A stretch of DNA of 64,000 bases from Balanoglossus misakiensis. Lineage: Eukaryota > Animalia > Hemichordata. Position 1 is the stretch's first letter. The number at the start of each line of letters is the position of its first letter. Positions 50,201 to 60,104 of the stretch are shown here, piece after piece. A model generated the notes under the pieces. That model was not told where the DNA came from. It saw only the letters and a program-made list of their open reading frames with translations, and ran no database searches. The stretch covers positions 5,438,831 to 5,502,830 of the forward strand of contig CM082578.2 in NCBI GenBank assembly GCA_040954595.2, given 5' to 3'. A program made the translations under genes and the position numbers.

Positions 50201-50480
50201 TCATAAGCATGGTGGTTTTAACACAAATCGAAAAGAAAAAAAAATCTCTAATAAACACAATATAAATTGAAAACAAAACGTGGCTAACAGAAATGACTAT
50301 AACTGTGACGTAGAGCTAACTACATGTTTTGAGAATATTTACAAACTTTTAAAAAAGTTAAGATATGTTACAAATTAAATAATGACACCAGTAATGAAAA
50401 TTACTATACAGATACAGTCCAGAACCGTCTAAACTCGCGTGATTTTTCTCTTTTCACATCTATGTGATGGGCCGGGGGGC

Positions 50481-50529
50481 TGTGACGTCACACGCTGTGT
50501 TCTAAAGACCAGTTTCATTGCGCATGCGC
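50481..50529. promoter_or_regulatory. CRE + NRF1 motif cluster (orphan promoter candidate)
   Basis: TGTGACGTCACA 50481-50492 and TGCGCATGCGC 50519-50529, with a GC-rich run at ~50469-50480. Confidence 0.45.
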
Positions 50530-51685
50530 GCAACCTGAGACGAATATCCGTAAAACTTCAGAAGAAATCATGGCAGTTCACAGAAACACATAGTCAACTG
50601 GATGAAGGCGCATTGCGAGATGTCTGAAAGTAAGCTTGCCTTTGCTACACGTGAGCCACATGGTGCAGACGGTACAACAAGTTCGGCAGTTGCCCTATCA
50701 ATATTGTTTTATTGTTGGATCTCATTTCGCACTGCTCTGATCTTTACTCCCATATCTTGTCTTGGCCAACACCCATATCCATCACCTGACACGCAGTTAA
50801 ACTATTAAAAAAATTCTACATTCCAACACACAAAATAATATACGTACATATGGACAAACAAGAAACTGAAAACCTTACATACCATAGTTCAATAGGATAA
50901 TAAAAATTAAACTCCACCCTACTGACACGGGATACACCCATTCCTATAAGATTATTCACTTTTTGAAGTAGTACGCAGGTCACAAAATGACAGACAAAAG
51001 CAATCGCTGAGAATGGTTTCACTCCGACGAATTTTACAGCGATGGTAAATTTCGCGTGACTCAAGCAGGAAATTGCAATTACGATCTGCAGATCAGCTAT
51101 ACATAGCATTGCATATTATTGATTTAGAAAGTTTGCATTCAGACACTCACTTACTCACAGAAGTCTTTCCTGCGACGGCTTATAACACACAAAATTGTAC
51201 TGACAGTAACATATCACAGAGAAGCATGTTTAATTTGTCTGTCCTCAAGTGCATCGGCGAGTCTGCGTATCTCGCTCGAATGTTGGGGCGGCGAGTTATT
51301 GCATTTGATCACGCAAAACGCTTCATTGTATGTTTTGATTGCCAATTCCCCGTAAACGTGTTTTGGGTATCAGCATTCAATTTATTGTTTTATGCTCGCC
51401 AAATGCAGCAAATCATCCAGGTTTCGCGTCTGGTTGCCAGATTTACAGGGAAGGTCATTGCTCCCCGGCGCAGAATCATTTCGCGAACAAAATCTGTTGA
51501 TCATCTGCCGGTATTGTGGGCCTGTGTATCAAGTAGCGTTTAGAGTATATATTCTCATGATGAACAATGCTATCTAGAAAGAACAGCTTCTGGCCGATAC
51601 ACAGATAAGATAAGATAAGTATTAAAGGGTTACGGGTATTCCCGGCCGTTTCTTTAATCTCTAAGGGAAACTGTATTTCAAACTT

Positions 51686-53872
51686 TTACGATAACGCTTC
51701 GTACACATTTTCTGTGACGGAGTCCGTTGGGGAGAGATAAGTGTGTTCTGATTCGGAATCCGACTTCTGAAGTTCATCGACATCCTCATAATTCTGTTCT
51801 CGCTCGTGGCGAATCATTGACCCGGGGCTGTATCTGTGTTCCGGGATGTCCACAACCACTGCCGCGTTCACCGCGCCGCTCGCCCTCTGTCTCTGCTCAT
51901 TTCGAACGGCTAGTTTCTCAAGAGTGCTAAAAGCCATCGAGCCGCTCTGGCAAGGTTTCTTGTTTTTGTTGCGCGATTTCGACACGTGATGGCGATGGAC
52001 GACGACGGCGACGACGACGAAAGCCGTTGAAACGAGAACGCCGATGAGGACTCCCCCGATGAGTACGAACACTTTGGGTAGGGTTGCTGCCGTGTCCGGC
52101 GCGCCGCTGTCTTTTGCCACCTGCGTCACGTTTTGGCAACCGCTACTGTCCTTACTGATCTCGGCGGCGGGCGTGGTTGCTAACTGGAGCTCCACAAATC
52201 TAAACGCAACGGCTGTGCCTTCTGAATTGGTTGCTATGCAAGTGTAGAGACCTCGGTGGGCCGTCTGGAACGAGGGAATCATCAGCGTGCCGTTGTCAGT
52301 GACCGTTATGTTTTCAGTGGGTGAACTCTCCAAATGTGAATGGAGTAACTCATCTTCTGGAGTCACCCAGCGTAGGTCTGGTTTTGGTACGCCGATAACG
52401 TCACACTTGAGTTGTACTCTCCCATCCAAGCCGCTGCGAATTGATGCGACGGGTTGATTAAATATCGGGCGATGACACGTTAAATCACCCTCCTCGAGAT
52501 TGAGAGCGTCTTTTCCCACGTATCCGTCCGGGTAGTCGCAAATCATCCCTTTCAACCTCAACTCGGTGGTGCCGCGGGGCTCAGCCGACCACTGGCTGAA
52601 CTCGCGGAGGTGACAGTCGCATGACCATGGATTGTCATTGAGATGCACCGTCAACCTCCGAGCGCCGCTGTCAGATAAACCGAAGAAGACCCAAGGGTTC
52701 AGGGAAGACAAATGGTTAGACGAGAGATAAACGGTCATCTCCGCACGTACCGATGCTTCGAAGAAAGGGTAGAAGACCGGCCCAGTTAACTCCGACAGTG
52801 ACGTGTTCGACAAATCGACCAACAGTCGAGATATGCCATTGGCCTCGCTCACACCATCAAACGAAGTTGGCTGTATTCGCCGTATAGGGTTACTGCTGAA
52901 ATTCATCGCCAGCGAAAAAGTCGAATTTGTGTCGATCGAAAATGGCGGTATTTTAGTCAGTCTGTTGTAGCTCAAGTCTATTTCAAAATCAAAGAGATGT
53001 TGAATGTCAAAATTAAGATATCCTTCCGGTACCAAGTCAATATTGTTTTGACTTGCCGTGAACGAGTGTATGTACTTTTTCTGCTGCAGGTCTGGAACAG
53101 TCGAGAGTCTGTTATTGTCAAGTTTCAAAATCCCAAGATTCGTTAGGTTGGAGAGGTGCTGTGTCGTTACCGCTGTGATGTTGTTGTTTGAAAGGTCCAA
53201 ACTCTTCAAATTTCGAAGGTTCCAGAACACGGCGCTTGGTAGTTCGCCTATCATGTTGTCTTGTAGGGAGAGAGCGAGAAGCTGACCCACTTTTTTGAAC
53301 ACAGTTTCGGGCAGTGACGTCAGCAGGTTACCGTTCAGGTACAGGTATTTGAGCGACGCCAACTCGTCGAACAGGTCGTCCTGTAGCGCGTCGATCTGGT
53401 TGCCGTGGAGATGCAAGGCGCTCAGTCCGGTCAGGTCTCTGAACGATTCTGATGATAAGTTGGAGATGCGGTTGAAATTGAGATACAGTTCCCCGAGAGA
53501 TTGCGTGTCGACGAACGCGTCCCGGGGCACCGACTGCAACAAGTTGTCGTGCATATCGAGAATCGTCAATCCTCTCAAGCCGGCAAAGGTATCCCGAGTT
53601 ATGTCTTGAATTCCATTGTCAAAGAGGTAAAGCTTCTCCAGGTCCGTGAATTCTTGGAAAGCCCTGTCCGGCAAGCCGGTCAGGTTGTTTCCATGGAGTT
53701 TCAACGTCGAGACGTTTGAAGGTATTCCCTTGGGGATCTCCGATAGCCCGCGGCTGCTGCAGTCAACCACGCTACCAGTACAGCTGCACGGCGGCGGACA
53801 CGCTTTGCTGACCTGCCGGGTGAAAAACACGCTGCAGAGATAAATTATCACAGCACGTGTGCTTCCCCTCAT
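51686..53872 (-). CDS. LRR-Ig single-pass transmembrane receptor (LIG/LRRIG-type; ~728 aa from ATG 53872)
   Basis: Signal peptide MRGSTRAVIIYLCSVFFTRQVSKA, LRRNT CPPPCSC...VDCS, multiple LxxLxLxxNxI repeats, LRRCT NPWSCDC...C.YP, I-set Ig (LKCDVIGVPKPDLRW...GLYTCIATN), TM VFVLIGGVLIGVLVSTAFVVVAVVV and a Tyr-containing tail. The track's GTG start at 53971 lies in a polypyrimidine tract; acceptor TAG at 53920-53922. Confidence 0.92.
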   Translation of the reverse strand: MRGSTRAVIIYLCSVFFTRQVSKACPPPCSCTGSVVDCSSRGLSEIPKGIPSNVSTLKLHGNNLTGLPDRAFQEFTDLEKLYLFDNGIQDITRDTFAGLRGLTILDMHDNLLQSVPRDAFVDTQSLGELYLNFNRISNLSSESFRDLTGLSALHLHGNQIDALQDDLFDELASLKYLYLNGNLLTSLPETVFKKVGQLLALSLQDNMIGELPSAVFWNLRNLKSLDLSNNNITAVTTQHLSNLTNLGILKLDNNRLSTVPDLQQKKYIHSFTASQNNIDLVPEGYLNFDIQHLFDFEIDLSYNRLTKIPPFSIDTNSTFSLAMNFSSNPIRRIQPTSFDGVSEANGISRLLVDLSNTSLSELTGPVFYPFFEASVRAEMTVYLSSNHLSSLNPWVFFGLSDSGARRLTVHLNDNPWSCDCHLREFSQWSAEPRGTTELRLKGMICDYPDGYVGKDALNLEEGDLTCHRPIFNQPVASIRSGLDGRVQLKCDVIGVPKPDLRWVTPEDELLHSHLESSPTENITVTDNGTLMIPSFQTAHRGLYTCIATNSEGTAVAFRFVELQLATTPAAEISKDSSGCQNVTQVAKDSGAPDTAATLPKVFVLIGGVLIGVLVSTAFVVVAVVVHRHHVSKSRNKNKKPCQSGSMAFSTLEKLAVRNEQRQRASGAVNAAVVVDIPEHRYSPGSMIRHEREQNYEDVDELQKSDSESEHTYLSPTDSVTENVYEALS

Positions 53873-56800
53873 CTTGTTAGACGACCGATGTGTGGTGACC
53901 GTTCTCATCAAACAGCTTCCTACAAGAAAGCAACACAGAAAAAAAGACAGCGGTAATAGCCGGAAGGCCACGCGTGTATCTGTGAAGCAAAAGTAATCCT
54001 AGACCAGATACGTCTGGATAGGTCGACGTTTTTTGGCCCAGTGTTCTGGAATGCAAAACACACACGGAGACTTGGCTCAGTGAGAATTCATACACACAGC
54101 AACGAATATCGCAATGACATAATCCATACGCGTTATATCACGCCAGTTTGGCGTTTACGAGAAGATAGCGTGACTCCTAAATATCGAGCGTCTGTAATAT
54201 TACCCATTCCAACGAGTTGACGACAATTTTAATTCTTCTCCATATTTACCCAATTATTCGTTACTATCATATTGCACCAGTTTCTTGCTGCGTTCTCTGC
54301 GTGAATGTGTGGGTTTTAATTACACGCATGACACAGATCATCGCTGCCGTGTACGTGACCTGTCAAATTGCCCGATGGAACTAAACAACAGAAAGGGATG
54401 TGAGTTATCTAACACAAGTTTTCTCAGAACAACTTCATTATATTCGACAATTTCGCGCTCTAAATAAACAAGAGCAACATATATCGCTTGGATGTTTTCA
54501 CAATTCCAACCTCCCCCGAGGTTGGAATTGGTCAATTTCACGTACCAATTACAATTTGTAGTTATCGTCACGTGACGTCAGTATCCCAAATGTTCACAGA
54601 GGTGACCGACCGTCACAGTTCTGTGTTTGACATTCAATACAAAATACACACGGCGAAGTGGTGTTGACGGATATTTTGCGGTGACATTTCGAGCTTGAAA
54701 AGATAATTCTACGACTGTAAGGAATGCGATGTGGTCATATTGAATTGTACTCATTGATATTGAAGAAAAAAAACAGAGGCAGGCTTTTTTATGAACAATA
54801 TGAAGAAAAAGTTCCGAACCCTAGTTGTGTGATTTTTTTTTTCATATGGTAACCTTAGAGAAAAAATGTTCCTTAAAGGCGTACAGTCACCTCCAATTTA
54901 CGCACGCACATATATGGCAGAAATGGCCACGTGTATTTGAGTGTTCTAAAGAACATATGGTGGCACTCTTTTTTTCACGTGTGCCACCCACTGAAAATCT
55001 AGATCTGAATTGACCATGGTAACATGGTACATTTTTTGGAGCAAACTTACTTTTACAGGGTCTTGCGGGAAATGTTTATTTTATTTCACGGAAAGGACAT
55101 GAAATAAACCTTTCTAGCAAGACCCTGTTTTGCTCCAAAAATAGAAACATAGGCATCTGTTTTGAGTAATCTTAACAGTTTCTATATACATGTATGCACA
55201 ACACAAAAATAAATGGACGTGTGTTATATAAATTTTCCGTGAAAATACCTGATCAAATGTTAAAGTTACATATACAGCAATAGAGAGAAATTATTTTTCA
55301 CTTTGTACGTCATGAACAATCATTATTTTGTGCACGGGGATATCATTATGCATGTATTCTTTATACCACAAAATGACCAACCCACAACGATATTGCAACT
55401 CGGGAAATCGTCTAGCTGTTAGCGGAGACAGATTTGTCGATGGTCAAGGGTACACACCTAATCACCGCGATCCTTCAGATATGACGGTATTTTGCATAAA
55501 ACAGTTAGCACTTGCAACCGAATACTAATATTTGTCTCTAAACATACCATTTGTGTGAATAGCAGGATTGCTATGTGCATGCTGCATGCCAATTCATATA
55601 CGGTTCGCCTCGATTGTTCAGGTAACCGCACTGTTCAAAAAGTTCAGTAGCTATGTACTAGCATGGCTTCGATCTTCAGTCAAACAATTACCAAAGTCAA
55701 AGTGAATCAACTTTGACCAGACAACCTACATTTTCGCGGCCCACATATACTTTGTCGAATCCATGCTGACGATTTCAGGACCCCCCTCCCATTCACCCCT
55801 CGCGATTCTTTCCTCTCGGAGGTTTTGGTGAACGCAAGAATTTTGTTGGAGATTATTAAGAGCTAAACAGTTGGGGGCCAAATTACTGAAGAGATAAAAA
55901 GTGATTCATTCCAGTGTATCGGGTTTTATGTTACATTTCAACAGCTGGTGAAATTCATAATATTCGGCGCTAAATTTACGGCAAAACCGTGCAAATTGTC
56001 GTGTTAATCGTTGCTCCCCAACACTCAGTTGGCCAACAAGTGTCGCACAAAACCACGAACGCCCATAACAATTTATGTTCCAAATATCAAAGTATAAGAC
56101 ATGAAATATTTGAAGCCTTGTTAAATCCGACTGATTGACACGTCGGTGTCACCAAGGCAATCCGCGTTGGTATGGAGAAAGTATTATGTTAACCCCATAG
56201 CTATGCACTCATAAATATACATATGCACCCATATGCAAAACTTCAAATAAATAAACGCCAAAGGGGTACATAAATCAGAGCTAATTTATTTATTACTCTG
56301 GGCATCATTCGAGTCGCAATAAAAGTGAAATAATTGCTGTCTGCGCGTGTCTCAATCACAACACTCATTAAAGGGAAAATACAATTAAGGACACTGTTGA
56401 CGCTTGTAAACCGTTCGCCCAGAACCCCTGGTGTGTACCGTATTCCCGATATCTCTCAGTAGGTCATCGATATTATGATGGACAGCTGAGGGCATGATAT
56501 TTTGTGGGCGGTGGGAGGGAGGGAGGGAGGGATAGCTGTTATATGAAAACTGACTGACAAGGCTTAGACCTCGTCTGTCAGGTTTCCACACGTAACCAGG
56601 TCGTTGGATATGTATTGTGTTGGGGACATTTGTATGCCAGGCCTACATGTAGGGCACCACTCGCCAGGTTTAACAGGGGAGGGTACGTGCAGTACATTGT
56701 GCCTCGTTACCAAAAATACACAAATATTTCAAGGATTTGTGTTTCAGTATATCGCACTGGTAAAGCAGGCGTCACACGCCCCGCCAGCTGGCCAGATCTC

Positions 56801-57543
56801 TGACCGAGTCAGGGTTGCGCGCTCTCGGTGCCCTGCGGGTCGACATCAAATAAACACTACATAAGTGTTTAATATTTTGTTGGAAATCGGAGCACACCGA
56901 GGGTACATGAATCAGTTCACTTTATTGCGGGGAAGATCTGAACCCGTGCACTTATAATTAATTAAAGCCAGCACGGGAGGCGCACGGGGCTTAGGGTTTA
57001 AATTACTTTACGGGTGATTTGAGAGAAAACGATGACGCCGTCAGCGTGAACCGCAAACAGTCGCAGTGCGATGACAATGGAGACAATGCGTGCTCTCTGA
57101 CATTTCAAAATCCATTTCCCACAACAAATTGGGTATTTATTCCGCGCATACAGTTCCCAGGGCACACTATAGACCCTGGAGCGACTGAGATGGGCAAATT
57201 GTAATATCGTTTCCTGATAATTACATAGAACGCACACGATTGTCAAGTCTTGGCTTGGGCAAAGTTGCACGTACCGTTTGCAATAGTTACATATTCTTCC
57301 CTCTCTACATGCAAGCTTACACGTACATGTATAATATACACAACCGTCGACAGTCGGATAAAAACAGCCATCGTGCAATAATCAGATCAAATTATTGCTT
57401 TGTAAGCAGATGCTTTAAAAGTTGGATATTTTATCACAGCAGCTGACCAAAGCAAGCATTTGTGGGTGCCTGGGAGGTGTGAACCCAAACATCAGATTGG
57501 TATATACATGTAGGTATATAAACGTACTGATCTGAGTGAAGCA

Positions 57544-57627
57544 TAGTCTAGTATCCTGTCGTATTTTGTCCGCTTTGCTTGTAGTTTTGGAAGCAAAGTG
57601 GAGAAAATGCAGCCAGATAATAGACTA
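57544..57627. mobile_element. Older copy of the 47160 hairpin MITE family
   Basis: TAGTCTAGTAT...ATAATAGACTA ends; shares CGTATTTTGTCCGCTTTG with 47160-47231; TSD decayed (AGTGAAGCA / AGTGCTCCA). Confidence 0.65.
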
Positions 57628-57806
57628 AGTGCTCCACGACTTTCTAGCTCAGAACTACGAACCTTCTTAAATAACTTAACACATCCAGGCAAGTCTCCCC
57701 CCCCCCCCCCCCGATGATAATGCGATACCAGATAGAAACAGAAAAACAGAAGCGAAAATACAGTCTACGACTGCTTCTGTGAATACATTGGCAGCTTTTG
57801 ACTTAC

Positions 57807-57813
57807 CTTGCAT
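57807..57813 (-). CDS. Candidate upstream start exon (ATG CAA G) of the LRR-Ig gene
   Basis: CACC-ATG-CAA-G|GTAAGT; the phase-1 donor matches the phase-1 acceptor at 53919, giving MQGSCLMRTVTTHRSSNKMRG... Confidence 0.55.
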
Positions 57814-59899
57814 GGTGGGTGCATTCACACGGTACTCTCGGCGACGCTGGCGCTGACAGTTGTACTCGCCTTCTCAGCTCACCGTGTCTCTGCAATAACG
57901 CAACAACAGTTCAAACGTTCACACACGCAACTATCCCGGAATAGGTGCTGACTCTACCAAATCGAAATCTCAAATGGCATTGCAATTAAGTCTCGCAGTG
58001 GGGAAAACCGAGCAGTTTTTTTTTGTGGTTGAAAATGATACTCGTTGCGTAGAATTTTTATACACAAATAGAGATGATTTAAGCCGCTTGTCAAAAGCGG
58101 TGTCCATCCGCCATTGGCCGTTTTGCTAGAGGGCTGCTAGATGGCTGGTGTCCGTCTTAACACCCGCCCATCGTTTGGACAACTCATGGCCCTGTGACAG
58201 GATTTATCTCTGGCTGTGACATGAACCCAGACACATATTTACACTATTCCATTCGGCCATACGCGCAAGGCAGACACATGGTTAGGCCCAACCTCAAACC
58301 AGACCATCTTTGGCGCCAACACTCCCGTTTATTATTGTTCCATTTATTTGTGTTTAGCCCGTTATGTAAACTCGCAAGCAAAGCACGAGCGTGAGGAAAT
58401 ACGCTCCGAATGCGATATTTCTCTTCAAGAATATCCGTAAAAACAATTATAAACACGATGTCGTCACTTGATCGCTGAATGAGGACTTTCAAGTTTAAGT
58501 GTTTCTTTTGGCCCTTGATCGCAAACTTTTTAAGTGCGCGGTCATTCAAACATCAGTTTGGGAATACTTGTCTTCGTCGTTCACGCGCAATCATAGACAG
58601 TATGGAGTCTATGGCGCAACAAAAGAAGGCGATCCTAAATTCATATTTCCGCACCTCCGACCTTTTATCTTCCAATGTTTCACCAAACAATATCCCACAG
58701 CGTTGCATGTCAAGGCACCACTTAAGAAAGAGGTCAAAACATTTAGTAAATGTTTATCAACGTCGAAATAGTCGTATAAGTGGTGTGGCTACTTGTAAAC
58801 GACGCACACTTTCAAGTGCGCCCGTTCACACACCGTTCAAAACCACAAGTCTGATCTTGGAAGTCAAAACTAATGAAACAAGTGCAACCTTTTCGACACA
58901 TGCCGTTCGCAATCTACAGAGTTTGAATTTCATCACCCAGCGGTACATATCCCCCTGTCAGAACACCGCATACTTTGCATCATTTGAATTCCTAGACAAC
59001 CCAGATTACCGAGAAAAAAAGATAACGAGATATCCCTTTGTTCGTCCGTTTTTTTTCTCTCTCTTCGAACAAAACAGTAAAGCTGCCCAGCGAGACGAAG
59101 CATTGCCCACAGAATGGGCACTATCGCAACCCAATCTACTATCGTCACGCAATCCGGTAGCTGAACAGAATGGACGTTTGCCTCTATCACTGATTAGTGA
59201 CATCATTTAAAACAACGCCGTGTCATTATAAATGTTATTTTAGTAAATTGACACAGACTCATATCGCACACTGGAAACGTCCGGTCGTTGCGGGAGGTGT
59301 ACCTGATAGGTTGCTGTTTACTTTGCCGTGTCACAGTACAGTTACTATCGTTTTGTAATTGCCAACTGTACAACAGACGTCGACACTCACGCGAGCGAAA
59401 TATATATCCATGGGAACGTGACTAATCAATGTATATTTTAAAAAATCACCTGAAGGACTGAATGTGATTCATATGAATAATTTAATATGATACTCATTGT
59501 TTTACTTGGAATAGCAAGGTTGTCAATTAAAATTAATGATGTCACCCCAGATACGACTGTATACGCTTCAGTACGTGTAATTCTGGTGATGTGGTGCGTT
59601 TCTTCGAACAGTATTTCGCAGTAGGAGTGGATTGGGTGAGCGAACTGGTTTCTATAATTTGGCGTTCTAGTTCTCAGGGTATCGTGAAGTGTTTCGAACT
59701 CGCATACCTATGTGTCTCTCGAGCAGGTTTCGTCTTTGATTTCGCTTATCACGAAATCCAAGAAGTTTTGAAGTTACAACGTCGCCAGACGATTTAACAG
59801 CAGACAGTCATGGCCATGAACAATACGAGGTTGACTTTGCTGATGCTATGGATTTATCTGGTGCCAGAGATGACACTTCAAAGTGTATTTCTTTGATTA

Positions 59900-60104
59900 G
59901 GGGAGAACCATGTGATTTCTTGGGGGGGGGGGATTTGGGTATGCCAGCAAAACATTTTCAGCCAGTGTTACATCATTTTCCCTTTCTATTGCCAGTCCTA
60001 TACTTGTGTATCCAGGCATTGCAGAAGATTTCCCCCCTCCGCACCATCTGGCAACAACCCCCAAATAATAATCCCCCGCCCCAAGAAATAAAATGGCTCT
60101 CTCC
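59900..60104. mobile_element. PIF/Harbinger-like MITE
   Basis: TTA|GGGGAGAACCATGTGATTTCTTGGGG...CCCCAAGAAATAAAATGGCTCTCTCC|TTA; imperfect TIRs. Confidence 0.65.

Noticed and set aside
51686-53872. VLR-like somatically assembled LRR locus (the LRRNT resembles lamprey VLR caps)
   Set aside because: This cap is generic to Slit-type LRRs, the gene is complete, and I saw no flanking LRR cassettes in the window.
53873-53971. Apparent signal peptide MAFRLLPLSFFLCCFLVG at the GTG-started ORF
   Set aside because: The hydrophobic stretch is the intron polypyrimidine tract ending in the TAG acceptor at 53920-53922.
58479-59210. 243-aa + strand ORF
   Set aside because: No recognisable motif, composition typical of non-coding translation, no supporting splice pattern.
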